Shown here piece by piece: positions 25,236 to 34,658 of a stretch of DNA of 64,000 nt. The stretch is from contig CAVSMU010000007.1 in NCBI GenBank assembly GCA_963729075.1, forward strand, positions 219,543 through 283,542, written 5' to 3'. A program made the translations under genes and the position numbers. Under the pieces are notes generated by a model, which worked only from the letters and a program-made list of their open reading frames with translations, made no database searches and was not told the DNA's origin. This DNA is from an uncultured Solirubrobacterales bacterium (lineage in GTDB: Bacteria > Actinomycetota > Thermoleophilia > Solirubrobacterales > 70-9). Each line of letters opens with the position of its first letter. Position 1 is the stretch's first letter.

Positions 25236-25901
25236 CTACCAGGGAATCGGCTCGCGGTTGCGGAAGAACCCGCCGCTCGGCACGTCGTCCGCCATGGTCG
25301 CGAGCCAGACGGCCGTGTCGGCGCCCTCCTCGACCGATCGCGGCGCGCGCGAGCCGCCCATGTCCGTGCGCACCCATCCCGGGCAGATCGAGTTGACGCT
25401 GATTTTTGGCTCGTCGACCGCGAGTGTCCGCGTCAGCGCGTTCAGGGCGCTCTTCGAGAGCCGGTAGGCGGTGTGCCCGCCGTCCATCTCAGCGAGCTGT
25501 CCGGCGCCGCTGGAGACGTTGACGATCCGGGGCGACGCGCTGCTGCGCAGCAACGGAAGCGACGCCTGGATCAGCCGCCAGGGGCCGAAGATGTTGGTCT
25601 CGAGCACCTCGTGCGCCTCATCGAGGTCGTAGTCGGCCGCGCCCGTGGGGTCGCCGTAGATGCCGGCGTTGTTGACGAGCACGTCGAGCGAGCCCGGGTT
25701 CGCCTCGATCCCGGCGATCGCCGCGCCGACGCTGTCGGGGTCCCGGACATCGAGCCGCAGCGGGATGAGGTTCTCGTCCGCGACCACCTCGCCCGGGTTG
25801 CGCGCCCCGGCGAGCACGGTGAACCCGTGGTCGCGCACCAGCTGCCGGGCGATCTCACGGCCGATACCGCGATTCGCCCCCGTGACCAGGGCGACGCTCA
25901 G
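25236..25901 (-). CDS. short-chain dehydrogenase/reductase (SDR). The start is placed at CTG 25901, which overlaps the upstream stop.
   Basis: The Rossmann motif VALVTGANRGIG lies upstream of the first canonical start (GTG 25838). NNAG and YxxxK (YRLSK) are present. CTGA overlaps the acyl-CoA dehydrogenase stop. Confidence 0.8.
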   Translation of the reverse strand: MSVALVTGANRGIGREIARQLVRDHGFTVLAGARNPGEVVADENLIPLRLDVRDPDSVGAAIAGIEANPGSLDVLVNNAGIYGDPTGAADYDLDEAHEVLETNIFGPWRLIQASLPLLRSSASPRIVNVSSGAGQLAEMDGGHTAYRLSKSALNALTRTLAVDEPKISVNSICPGWVRTDMGGSRAPRSVEEGADTAVWLATMADDVPSGGFFRNREPIPW

Positions 25902-27094
25902 ATCTTGTTCCTCTCGAGCAGCTTTCGGCCGATCACCATCTTCTGGATCTCGGAGGTGCCCTCGCCGATCAGAAGCAGCGGCGCATCGCGGTAGATGCGC
26001 TCGATCTCGTATTCCTTGGAGTAGCCGTAGCCGCCGTGAATTCGGAGTGCCTCCTCGGCGTTCTCCTTCGCGGCCTCAGAAGCGAACAGCTTCGCCATCC
26101 CGGCCTCGATATCCGATCGCTGGCCGGCATCCTTCATCCGCGCTGCCTTCATCGTCAGCAGGCGCGCCGCCTCGACGCGAGTGCCCATCTCGGCGAGCTT
26201 GAAGGTGATCGCCTGGTGCTGGGCGATCGGCTTGCCGAAGGTCTTGCGCTCCTGGCTGTAGCGCAGCGCCAGCTCGAGGGAGCGCTGGGCTACGCCGACG
26301 CCTCGCGCGGCGACGTTGACACGGCCGAGCTCGAGCGCGTCCATCATCTGCTTGAAGCCCTCGCCGATGCCGTCGCGACCGCCAAGGACGTGGTCGTCGT
26401 CGACCTTGAAGCCGTCGAAAACGAGCTCCGTCGACTCGACGCCCTTGTAGCCCATCTTCTTGATCTTCGGCGGGATCGTCAGCCCAGGGACCTCGGACTG
26501 GCCAGGCTCCTTCTCGCAGATGAAGCAGGTCATACCCCGGTAGGGCGGGTCGGCCTTCGGATCGGTCTTCACCAGCACGAAGACGAGCCCCGAGCGCAGC
26601 CCGTTGGTGACCCACATCTTCTGGCCGTTGATCTCCCAGCCGCCGTCGACCTCGGTCGCGGTCGACTTGATGCCCTGGACGTCCGAGCCGACCTCCGGCT
26701 CCGACAGCGAGAAGGCGCCGCGAACCTCGCCGGTCGCCATCCTCGGCAGGTAGAGGTCCCTCTGCTCGTCGGTACCGAACTTCATCAACAGGTAGGAGCC
26801 GATGAAATGCGTGTTGACGACGCCGGAGATCGAGATCCAGCCGCGCGAGAGCTCCTCGACGATCATCGCGTACGTCGTCATGTCGAGGCCCATCCCGCCG
26901 TACTCCTCCGGGATCGTCACGCCGAACAGGCCGAGCTCCTTCATGTGCTCGACGATCGCCTCGGGGAACTTGTCCTCGTGGTCGAACTCCTCCGCGACGG
27001 GGATGATCTCGTTGTCGACGAACTGGCGCACCATCTCGGTGATCGCCTTCTGCTCGTCCGTCTTCTCCTGATAGGTCGCGGTGGCTACGGCCAT
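25898..27094 (-). CDS. acyl-CoA dehydrogenase
   Basis: ATG at 27094 gives MAVATATYQEKTDEQKAITEMVRQF... with typical ACAD domains and the C-terminal catalytic region RIYRDAPLLLIGEGTSEIQ. Confidence 0.9.
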   Translation of the reverse strand: MAVATATYQEKTDEQKAITEMVRQFVDNEIIPVAEEFDHEDKFPEAIVEHMKELGLFGVTIPEEYGGMGLDMTTYAMIVEELSRGWISISGVVNTHFIGSYLLMKFGTDEQRDLYLPRMATGEVRGAFSLSEPEVGSDVQGIKSTATEVDGGWEINGQKMWVTNGLRSGLVFVLVKTDPKADPPYRGMTCFICEKEPGQSEVPGLTIPPKIKKMGYKGVESTELVFDGFKVDDDHVLGGRDGIGEGFKQMMDALELGRVNVAARGVGVAQRSLELALRYSQERKTFGKPIAQHQAITFKLAEMGTRVEAARLLTMKAARMKDAGQRSDIEAGMAKLFASEAAKENAEEALRIHGGYGYSKEYEIERIYRDAPLLLIGEGTSEIQKMVIGRKLLERNKI

Positions 27095-27149
27095 GGCTCC
27101 TGTCGTTCGAGGTCTGGTCGTTCCGCGCGCGGAGGATACTGCGGGAGCG

Positions 27150-27566
27150 ATGAGCGACAACCTGGAGCTGGTGCTCCGCCTGCGGGAGGCGTTCGGGGCT
27201 GACCCGGACGCGGGCGCCGCCGGGGATCGATTGATCGAGGTCATTCGACCGGTCGCCGACCCGGAGCTGCGGTCTCGGCTGAGCGGTGGCGCGATCACCA
27301 CCGAGTACGCCGGGATCGAGGGCCTGCGCCGGGGCTGGGACGACTTCCTGCGCTCGTTCGAGAGCGTGCGGATCCAGTTCGAGGACATCATCGAGGTGGG
27401 CGACGCCGTGGTAGTCGACCTCGTCACCGTGATCGGGGTCCCCAGGGGGACCGAGCTCGAAGTCGAGCAGCCCGCAGCGGCGATCTTCGAGTTCGACGGC
27501 GAGCGCCTGGTCAGGGTCGAGCTCCACCTGGACCGCGACGAGGCACTCCGCCGCGCCGCCGGCTAG
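27150..27566 (+). CDS. SnoaL-like/NTF2-fold protein
   Basis: ATG at 27150 preceded by GGGAG. MSDNLELVLRLREAF...AAAIFEFDGERLVRVELHLDRDEALRAAG is a typical ketosteroid-isomerase-like pattern. Confidence 0.7.
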   Translation: MSDNLELVLRLREAFGADPDAGAAGDRLIEVIRPVADPELRSRLSGGAITTEYAGIEGLRRGWDDFLRSFESVRIQFEDIIEVGDAVVVDLVTVIGVPRGTELEVEQPAAAIFEFDGERLVRVELHLDRDEALRRAAG

Positions 27567-27583
27567 GGGATACTGCGCACGAC

Positions 27584-28177
27584 TTGACCATCGTCGCGAT
27601 CGCAATCGTGGTGGGCGTCATCGTGGTCGCCGGCTTCGTCTGGCTGATGTACAACCGGCTCGTCGGACTGCGGCTCAACGTCGACAACAGCTGGGCGCAG
27701 ATCGACGTCGCCCTCAAGCGCCGCCACGACCTGATCCCCAACCTCGTCGAAGCCGTGCGCGGCTACGCGTCACACGAGCGCGAGACGCTCGAGCGGGTGA
27801 CCGAGGCGCGCGGGGACGCGGTCGCGGATCAGCGCGCGGGTGCGGGGCCGGAGCGACAGGGACGCGCCGAGGGCGTCCTCGGCGCCCGCCTGGGTCGGCT
27901 GCTGGTCACCGCCGAGGCGTATCCGGACCTCAAGGCGAGCCGCAACTTCACCGAGCTCGCCGACGACCTCGGGGAGGCCGAGGACCAGATCCAGATCACC
28001 CGCCGCGTCTACAACGACACCGTCCAGACCTACAACACCCAGGTCCAGGTATTCCCGGCGGTGCTGGTCGCGAAGGCGTTCGGCTTCGCCCCGCGGGAGT
28101 TCTTCCAGATCCGCGAGGCCGAGGCCGAGGCTCCGGCCGTGACGATCCCCGCCGGCCCCGCCGGGGGCGAGACGTAG
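27584..28177 (+). CDS. LemA family membrane protein
   Basis: N-terminal TM followed by YNRLVGLRLNVDNSWAQIDVALKRRHDLIPNLVEAV...RRVYNDTVQTYN, the LemA signature. Confidence 0.9.
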   Translation: MTIVAIAIVVGVIVVAGFVWLMYNRLVGLRLNVDNSWAQIDVALKRRHDLIPNLVEAVRGYASHERETLERVTEARGDAVADQRAGAGPERQGRAEGVLGARLGRLLVTAEAYPDLKASRNFTELADDLGEAEDQIQITRRVYNDTVQTYNTQVQVFPAVLVAKAFGFAPREFFQIREAEAEAPAVTIPAGPAGGET

Positions 28178-28179
28178 CG

Positions 28180-30012
28180 ATGGCGCGCCGGGGGATCGCG
28201 GCGGCGGCGCTCGCTGCGCTGGCGCTCGTCGCGGCGCCCGCCGCCGCGGCGGCGAAGGAGGCGAAGGTCACCGACGCCGACGTGCGGCTGCGCCTGGCAC
28301 CAGACGCCAGCCTGCTCGTCAACGAGCGGCTGACCTTCGACTACGACGGCGACTTTCAGGCTTCCTACCGCGAGCTGGAGCTCAACTTCGGCGAGCGGAT
28401 CGGCGACATCGCCGTGTCGGAGCCCGGCGGACCGCAGTACCGGCCGGGCGGCTGCGCCCAGCTCGGCTGCTTCGATCCGTTCCCGAACCGGTTCGGGGTC
28501 GCGGAGCTCCCGGACGGGGTGCGCATCGTCTGGCACCACAAGGCGTCCGACGAAGAGCGCACGTTCGACATCTCCTACCGCGTCATCGACGCGGTCGTCG
28601 CCTACGACGACGTGCTCGACGTGCGGTGGCAGGTGTGGGGGTCGGAATGGGACCAGCGGCTGCCCGAGCTGACCGCGAGCCTCGCCGATCCCGCGCTCGA
28701 CCCCGACGACGAGCGCTACCGCGTCTGGGGCTACCCGCGCGAGGTGCAGAGCGGAGAGACCGAGCGCGACCCGGGCGTGGCGCGGCTGACCGCCACCGAC
28801 ATCCCCGCCGGCCAGTTCGTCGAGATGCGCGTGCTGGTGCCCCGCACGCCGGGCCAGAACGTGAGTGCCGCCCGCGTGAAGGAGGGCGACGGGCTCGGGA
28901 AGATCCTCGCCGAGGAGGGGGCAAAGGACGACGACTACCGCTACTCGTGGGCGCGCCTCGAGCGGTTCCTGGGCGAGAACGCCCCGCTGCTGTCGCTGAT
29001 CGTCGCCGCGCTGGCGCTGGGGTTCCTCGCGGTGCTCTGGCTGCGTGCGCGTGAGCGCCCGACCTCGGTGCCAAAGTACCTCCCCGGCCCGCCCGACGAC
29101 GCGACGTCGCCCGCGCTCGCCTACGCGCTTGCCGAGGAGGGCGAGGACTCCACCGACACCGTGCTCGCGACCCTGCTCGACCTCGTCGATCGCGGTTACT
29201 ACGACGTCTCCTCGGCGACGACCGAGGACGAGAAGCTCGACCTCGCGATCACGAAGAGTGAGCAGCGGCCCGCCGACGGCGAGCTCGCCACGCACGAGCG
29301 GATCACGCTCTCGTTCTTCGACGAGCTGATCGACGACAAGACCGTGGCCCTCAGCGAGATGAAGGACCTCGTCCCCAAGCACGATTCGGGCTGGCGTGCC
29401 CGCTGGACGACGATGACCAACGCCCTCGACGAGGTCGAGGGCGGCGAGCTGGAATGGGATCGAAGCTACGCCGGCTGGGAGCTGGTCGCGCTGCTGCCGG
29501 TCGGCGCCGCGTTCGTCCTGCTCGCGATCGCGTCGGTCGAGGTGCGCGGCAACCTGATCTGGCCGCTGGTGATCGGGATCCCGACCTGCCTCGCGCTGCT
29601 CGTCTATCCGTCGAAGAACCTCAAGCGCCTCAGCGCCAAGAGCAGGGAGCGAAACGCGAGCTGGAAGGCGTTCGCCCGCTGGACGGACGACTTCCCCCGC
29701 CTCGACGACGACCCGCCGGCGACCCTGGCGCTCTGGAAGCGGATCCTCGTCTACGCCGTCGCCTTCGGGACCGCCGAGCGGATGATCGAGTCGGGCCGGA
29801 TCCCGGCACCGGTCACCGCGGAGGCGACCAGCGGGGCGGGCTGGAGCGCGTACGCGTTCACCGGCAGCACGTTCCACTCGCTCGACGGCTCGAGCTTCGG
29901 CTCGAGCTTCTCGTCGCACGTGGCGCCGGAGTCCTCGTCCTCGGGAGGCGGCGGCGGCTTCTCGGGCGGTGGAGGCGGAGCCTCGGGCGGCGGTGGCGGG
30001 GGGTCGTGGTAG
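28180..30012 (+). CDS. DUF2207 domain membrane protein, the usual LemA partner
   Basis: Signal peptide, N-terminal extracytoplasmic domain (VNERLTFDYDGDFQASYRE), several TM segments and a Gly-rich tail ([25 protein letters not shown]). It starts 2 nt after the lemA stop. Confidence 0.85.
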   Translation: MARRGIAAAALAALALVAAPAAAAAKEAKVTDADVRLRLAPDASLLVNERLTFDYDGDFQASYRELELNFGERIGDIAVSEPGGPQYRPGGCAQLGCFDPFPNRFGVAELPDGVRIVWHHKASDEERTFDISYRVIDAVVAYDDVLDVRWQVWGSEWDQRLPELTASLADPALDPDDERYRVWGYPREVQSGETERDPGVARLTATDIPAGQFVEMRVLVPRTPGQNVSAARVKEGDGLGKILAEEGAKDDDYRYSWARLERFLGENAPLLSLIVAALALGFLAVLWLRARERPTSVPKYLPGPPDDATSPALAYALAEEGEDSTDTVLATLLDLVDRGYYDVSSATTEDEKLDLAITKSEQRPADGELATHERITLSFFDELIDDKTVALSEMKDLVPKHDSGWRARWTTMTNALDEVEGGELEWDRSYAGWELVALLPVGAAFVLLAIASVEVRGNLIWPLVIGIPTCLALLVYPSKNLKRLSAKSRERNASWKAFARWTDDFPRLDDDPPATLALWKRILVYAVAFGTAERMIESGRIPAPVTAEATSGAGWSAYAFTGSTFHSLDGSSFGSSFSSHVAPESSSSGGGGGFSGGGGGASGGGGGGSW

Positions 30013-30038
30013 AGGCGGCCCCGCGCCCGCGCCCGCCC

Positions 30039-30497
30039 CTAGAGCTCCCAGCCGAAGCAGGCCGACCGATAGCTCGGGCGCTCGCGCTCGTAGAAGCGGT
30101 GGGCGTCTGCGCGCGCCTCGGCCGAGTCGAGCTCCAGGTGGGTGGCGCCGCGCTCGCGGCCCCACGCCTTGGCCGCGTCGAGCAGCGCCTTGCCGACCCC
30201 CTCTGAGCGGCGCTCGGGGTCGACCGCCAGGTCCTCGACCCAGGCGCGGTAGCCGAAGCGGACCGAGTGCAGGTCCTGGTATCCGGTGCAGAAGCCGACC
30301 AGGGCGCCGTCGTCCTCGGCCACGAGCACGCACGCGTCGTGCGAATCGATCGCCTGGCGAAGCGCCACGGCCGCCCGGCGCTCGTCCCAGGCCGCGGGTC
30401 GCGAGCCCGGGGGCGCGAACAGCCACTCATACAGCGGGACGATCGCCTCCTCCTCCCCCGCTCGCGCCGCTCTGACCTCGAAGGCCACGTGGCGCAC
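30039..30497 (-). CDS. GNAT family N-acetyltransferase
   Basis: C-terminal part of the long track ORF. GTG starts are possible at 30497 or 30488. [20 protein letters not shown] (acetyl-CoA-binding motif A) and RFYERE. Confidence 0.8.
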   Translation of the reverse strand: MRHVAFEVRAARAGEEEAIVPLYEWLFAPPGSRPAAWDERRAAVALRQAIDSHDACVLVAEDDGALVGFCTGYQDLHSVRFGYRAWVEDLAVDPERRSEGVGKALLDAAKAWGRERGATHLELDSAEARADAHRFYERERPSYRSACFGWEL

Positions 30498-30536
30498 GCT
30501 AGCGTTCCCGGCGCCAAACGACGACCAGGAGACCCC

Positions 30537-31586
30537 GTGCGCAACCCACGTGACTTCGCCAAGCCGCTCGCGATCGGAGCCCCCGATCCCGTGCTCGAGG
30601 TGCCGGTCAAGCCCTCGCGGATGATCCATTTCCTCGACGCCTCGAACGAGAAGATGGTCGCCAAGGTCCCCGACATGGTCGAGCAGACCGACGTCCTGCT
30701 GGGCAATCTCGAGGACGCCATCCCCGCCGACCGCAAGGAGGCCGCGCGCGAGGGCCTGGTCCGCGTCGCGAAGGAGACCGATTTCGGCCAGACCGCGCTG
30801 TGGACGCGGATCAACTCGCTCGAGAGCCCGTGGGTCCTCGACGACCTGACCACGCTGGTGGCCGAGATCGGGGACAAGCTCGAGGTGGTCATGGTGCCGA
30901 AGGTCGAGGGCGCCTGGGACATCCACTACGTCGACCGGCTGCTCGCCCAGCTCGAGGCCAAGGCCGGCCTGGATCGCCCCCTGCTCGTTCACGCGATCCT
31001 CGAGACCTCGCTCGGGGTCGTCAACCTCGAGGAGATCGCGACCGCGTCTCCGCGGATGCAGGGGATGAGCTTCGGCCCGGCCGACCTCGCGGCCTCGCGC
31101 CGCATGAAGACGACCAGGGTCGGGGGCGGGCACCCCGGCTACCGGGTGATCGAGGATCCCGACCCCGACGATCCCGAGGCCCCGCGCGTGACCGCGCAGC
31201 AGGATCCCTGGCACTACTCGATCGCGCGCATGGTCGACGCCTGCACGTCGGCCGGGATCCTGCCCTACTACGGCCCCTACGGGGACATCAAGGACGTCGA
31301 GGGGTGCGAGACCCAGTTCCGGGCCGCGTTCCTGCTCGGCTGCGTCGGCGCCTGGTCGCTTCACCCGGTCCAGATCGAGATCGCAAAGCGGGTCTTCAGC
31401 CCCGACCCGGACGAGGTGCGCTTCGCGAAGAAGGTGATCGAGGCGATCCCCGACGGCCGCGGCGTGCACATGATCGACGGCAAGATGCAGGACGACGCGA
31501 CCTGGAAGCAGTGCAAGGTGATGGTCGAGCTCGCCGAGATGCTGGCGCGCAAGGATCCGGAGCTCGCGACCGCGTACGACCTCTAG
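30537..31586 (+). CDS. mcl: L-malyl-CoA/beta-methylmalyl-CoA lyase (HpcH/CitE-like)
   Basis: GTG at 30537 with AGGAG 5 nt upstream. It is near-colinear with the Chloroflexus/Rhodobacter Mcl sequence as I remember it: [63 protein letters not shown]. Confidence 0.88.
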   Translation: MRNPRDFAKPLAIGAPDPVLEVPVKPSRMIHFLDASNEKMVAKVPDMVEQTDVLLGNLEDAIPADRKEAAREGLVRVAKETDFGQTALWTRINSLESPWVLDDLTTLVAEIGDKLEVVMVPKVEGAWDIHYVDRLLAQLEAKAGLDRPLLVHAILETSLGVVNLEEIATASPRMQGMSFGPADLAASRRMKTTRVGGGHPGYRVIEDPDPDDPEAPRVTAQQDPWHYSIARMVDACTSAGILPYYGPYGDIKDVEGCETQFRAAFLLGCVGAWSLHPVQIEIAKRVFSPDPDEVRFAKKVIEAIPDGRGVHMIDGKMQDDATWKQCKVMVELAEMLARKDPELATAYDL

Positions 31587-31622
31587 CGCGCCGGTGCGAC
31601 GCCGCCGGAGCGGACCCGCCGC

Positions 31623-33449
31623 CTACGCGTCCAGCCGCCGCTTCAGCGCCTCGAGCTGCTCGCCGATCTCGGCGGGGAGACGGTCGCCGAACTGCGCCAA
31701 GAACTCCTCGACCTGCGGCAGCTGCTCGCGGACACCGTCGGCGTCGACCCTAAGCAGCTCGCGCATCTGCTCGTCGGAGACGTCGAGCCCGTCGAGCGTG
31801 ATCTCGCCCTCCGCCGGCACCAGGCCGATCGGCGTCTCGACCGTCTCGCCCTCGCCGTCGCAGCGGCGGCAGATCCACTCGAGCACCCGGCTGTTCTCGC
31901 CGAACCCGGGCCAGATGAACTTGCCCCGTTCGTCCTTGCGAAACCAGTTGACGAGGAAGACCTTGGGGAGCTTGTCCGGGTGGGCCTTCCCGACCTCCAG
32001 CCAGTGGGCGAAGTAGTCGCCCATGTTGTAGCCGCAGAACGGCAGCATCGCCATCGGGTCGAAGCGCAGCTTGCCGACCTCGCCCGCGGCCGCCGCCGTC
32101 GTCGCGACCGACATCGTCGCGCCGAGGAACACTCCGTGTTCCCAGTCGAACGCCTCGCTGACCAGCGGCACCACCGTCGCCCGCCGGCCGCCGAACAGGA
32201 AGGCGTCGATCGGCACGCCGGCCGGGTCCTCCCACTCGGGCGCGATCGACGGGCATTGCGCCGCCGGCGTCGTGAAGCGCGCGTTGGGATGGGCGGCCGG
32301 CTCCTGGGAGTCGGGGGTCCAGTCGTTGCCGTGCCAGTCGATCGCGTGCGCCGGCGGCTCGCCGGTCATCCCCTCCCACCAGATGTCGCCGTCGTCGGTG
32401 AGGGCGCAGTTGGTGAAGATCGTGTTGCGCTCGATCGTCTCCATCGCGTTCGGGTTCGTCTTGTGGCTGGTGTTCGGAGCGACCCCGAAGAAGCCGGCCT
32501 CCGGGTTGACCGCGTACAGGCGACCGTCCTCGCCGAACTTCATCCAGGCGATGTCGTCGCCCACCGTCTCCGCGGTCCAGCCCTCGAGCGTCGGGATCAG
32601 CATTGCCAGGTTGGTCTTGCCCGAGGCCGAGGGGAAGGCGCCGGCTACGTACTTGACAAGCCCTTCCGGCGACGTCAGCTTCAGGATCAGCATGTGCTCG
32701 GCCATCCAGCCCTCGTCGTGGGCCATCGCCGAGGCGATTCGCAGCGCGAAGCACTTCTTGCCGAGCAGCGCGTTGCCGCCGTAGCCCGAGCCGTAGGACC
32801 AGATCTCACGGGTCTCGGGGAAGTGAACGATGTACTTGTTGTCCGCGTCACACGGCCACGGGACGTCCTCCGCGCCGTCCGCGAGCGGCATCCCGACGCT
32901 GTGTAGGCAGGGCACGAAGTCGCCGTCGGAACCGAGCACCTCGAGCGCGCGGTCCCCCATCCGGGTCATGATCCGCATCGAGGTCGCGACGTAGGGCGAG
33001 TCGGTGAGCTGAACGCCGATATGGGCGATCGGCGACCCCAGCGGGCCCATCGAAAACGGGACCACGTACATCACGCGCCCCTGCATCGAGCCGCGGAACA
33101 GGCCCTCGAGCTCGCCGCGCATCTCCTTGGGCTCGCGCCAGTTGTTGGTCGGCCCCGCGTCCTCCTCGCGCTCCGAGCAGATGAAGGTCCGGTCCTCGAC
33201 CCGGGCGACGTCGCCGGCATCGGACCGCGCCAGATAGGAGTTCGGCCGCTTGGCGTCCGAGAGCTTCTCGAACGTCCCCTTCTCGACCATCTCCTGACAG
33301 AGACGGTCGTACTCCTCCGCCGAGCCGTCGCACCAGTGGATCGAGTCCGGCTGAGTCAGCTCGGCGACCCGCTCCACCCATGCGCTCAACTTCGCGTTCT
33401 TGGTCGGGGCCTGGGTCGCGGCCGTGGTCTCGCTCAAGTTGTGGATCAA
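31623..33449 (-). CDS. pckG: phosphoenolpyruvate carboxykinase (GTP)
   Basis: 608 aa. [13 protein letters not shown] kinase-1a loop, [16 protein letters not shown] and [10 protein letters not shown] are typical of GTP-PEPCK. The TTG start abuts the SD, so the exact start is uncertain. Confidence 0.92.
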   Translation of the reverse strand: MIHNLSETTAATQAPTKNAKLSAWVERVAELTQPDSIHWCDGSAEEYDRLCQEMVEKGTFEKLSDAKRPNSYLARSDAGDVARVEDRTFICSEREEDAGPTNNWREPKEMRGELEGLFRGSMQGRVMYVVPFSMGPLGSPIAHIGVQLTDSPYVATSMRIMTRMGDRALEVLGSDGDFVPCLHSVGMPLADGAEDVPWPCDADNKYIVHFPETREIWSYGSGYGGNALLGKKCFALRIASAMAHDEGWMAEHMLILKLTSPEGLVKYVAGAFPSASGKTNLAMLIPTLEGWTAETVGDDIAWMKFGEDGRLYAVNPEAGFFGVAPNTSHKTNPNAMETIERNTIFTNCALTDDGDIWWEGMTGEPPAHAIDWHGNDWTPDSQEPAAHPNARFTTPAAQCPSIAPEWEDPAGVPIDAFLFGGRRATVVPLVSEAFDWEHGVFLGATMSVATTAAAAGEVGKLRFDPMAMLPFCGYNMGDYFAHWLEVGKAHPDKLPKVFLVNWFRKDERGKFIWPGFGENSRVLEWICRRCDGEGETVETPIGLVPAEGEITLDGLDVSDEQMRELLRVDADGVREQLPQVEEFLAQFGDRLPAEIGEQLEALKRRLDA

Positions 33450-33631
33450 CTCCTCTCTCGCGGCGCTCGAGGCGCGTTTGGTGGGGCCACTCGTCCCGGA
33501 AGTGGGGCGCCATTGTGGCGCACGAGGCGGCGAAGTGGCGCCCGCCTGGCGCCGCCGGCGTTTGCGGCCCGGGCGAGCGGGGAACCCGGCTGGTCACCGA
33601 AATGGACTGGTTCTGGCTCATCCTCTACCTG

Positions 33632-34606
33632 CTATCTGGCGTGCGACCGGCGGCCGGCGGTACCGCGCGCTTCGGTGAGCTGGCGCAGGATTGCGACGAC
33701 TGCCTCCGGCTCATGTACGACCTGGCGCCAGGTGAACCTCAGCACGCGCCAGCCGGCGGCTACGAGCGCCGCATCGCGCCGGCGGTCCTCCTCGAATGCG
33801 CGCCGGTCGCCGTGTGTCTCCCACCCGTCTGCCTCGACGGCCAATCGCAGCGAGGGCCAGCTGAAATCGACCTCGCAGCCGTCTCCGGCAACTGCGATCC
33901 AAGCGTTGACGTCCGGCCGCGGCATCCCCGCGGCACCGAAGAGCGCTAGCGCCCGGCGCTCGAGCTCGCCCCTGGTCCATTCCCACTCGACTCGGTAGGC
34001 ACGCAGCGCCCGCCGCAGTGCGGGACTCCCCGGCGTCCGGGGCCTGCGACCGAGCAGCTCGGCGATCGCGGAGAGGTCGAGCCGCCCGCGTCGCTCGGCC
34101 CTGGCCAGCGCCCCCGGAAGCGTCGCCGGGGCCGTGGCGGCGAGGCCGAGCAGCGTTAGCGGAACGCTCGCGCAGGGAATTGCGTCGACGACCTCCCGAT
34201 CAGTCTGGGCCAGGCTTCCAAACACCCGACACGCCATGCCCCGCCGTGGGCTGAGCTTGCGGCTGGAGGTGATCTCGGCTGCGCCGGAGCGGTCGATCAG
34301 TTTCCGCAGATGGGCAGCCGAACGATGCGAGAGGACAACGCCCTCGCCGCCGGCGAGCGTCGCCGCCAGCCAATGGCCCCGGAGGGAGACGGAGGGATGG
34401 CCGGCGGCATAGACGCCTCGGTGGAGCCGGTGCAATCGCCCGCTCTGCACACGGCGAGAGACCGCACGCGGCGAGAACCCGATCGTCACCAGCTGTTCGA
34501 GCGAGACCACCCCGTGCTGGCGCGCCGCGAGATCGGCGAGCCCCCGTTCTCGACGAACGGCGACTTTGCCACCACATGCGTCCGAAAGGCGTCGTGCGTC
34601 GGCCAT
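33632..34606 (-). CDS. DUF559 (Vsr-like endonuclease fold) protein with an AbiEi-like N-terminal wHTH
   Basis: ATG at 34606. The N-terminus ARQHGVVSLEQLVTIGFSPRAVSRRVQSGRLHRLHRGVY is AbiEi_4-like. The C-terminus CEVDFSWPSLRLAVEADGWETHGDRRAFEEDRRRDAALVAAGWRVLRFTW is the DUF559 core. Confidence 0.8.
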   Translation of the reverse strand: MADARRLSDACGGKVAVRRERGLADLAARQHGVVSLEQLVTIGFSPRAVSRRVQSGRLHRLHRGVYAAGHPSVSLRGHWLAATLAGGEGVVLSHRSAAHLRKLIDRSGAAEITSSRKLSPRRGMACRVFGSLAQTDREVVDAIPCASVPLTLLGLAATAPATLPGALARAERRGRLDLSAIAELLGRRPRTPGSPALRRALRAYRVEWEWTRGELERRALALFGAAGMPRPDVNAWIAVAGDGCEVDFSWPSLRLAVEADGWETHGDRRAFEEDRRRDAALVAAGWRVLRFTWRQVVHEPEAVVAILRQLTEARGTAGRRSHAR

Positions 34607-34658
34607 GCCGGCAGCGTCGGGCCGGTCGGCGCACCGGTGGCGCGTGGATCGTGCCGGA

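Noticed and set aside
29940-30012. The G-rich DNA encoding the DUF2207 poly-Gly tail as a G-quadruplex or slippage tract.
   Set aside because: The GGC/GGT/GGA/GGG codons alternate and there are no long uninterrupted G-runs. Gly-rich tails are a common feature of DUF2207 proteins.
30267-30536. An N-terminal 90-residue extension of the malyl-CoA lyase (track ORF starts at 30267).
   Set aside because: The extension overlaps the divergent GNAT gene on the other strand and is Arg-rich. GTG 30537 has an AGGAG at ideal spacing and matches the N-terminus of characterised Mcl proteins (..[10 protein letters not shown]..).
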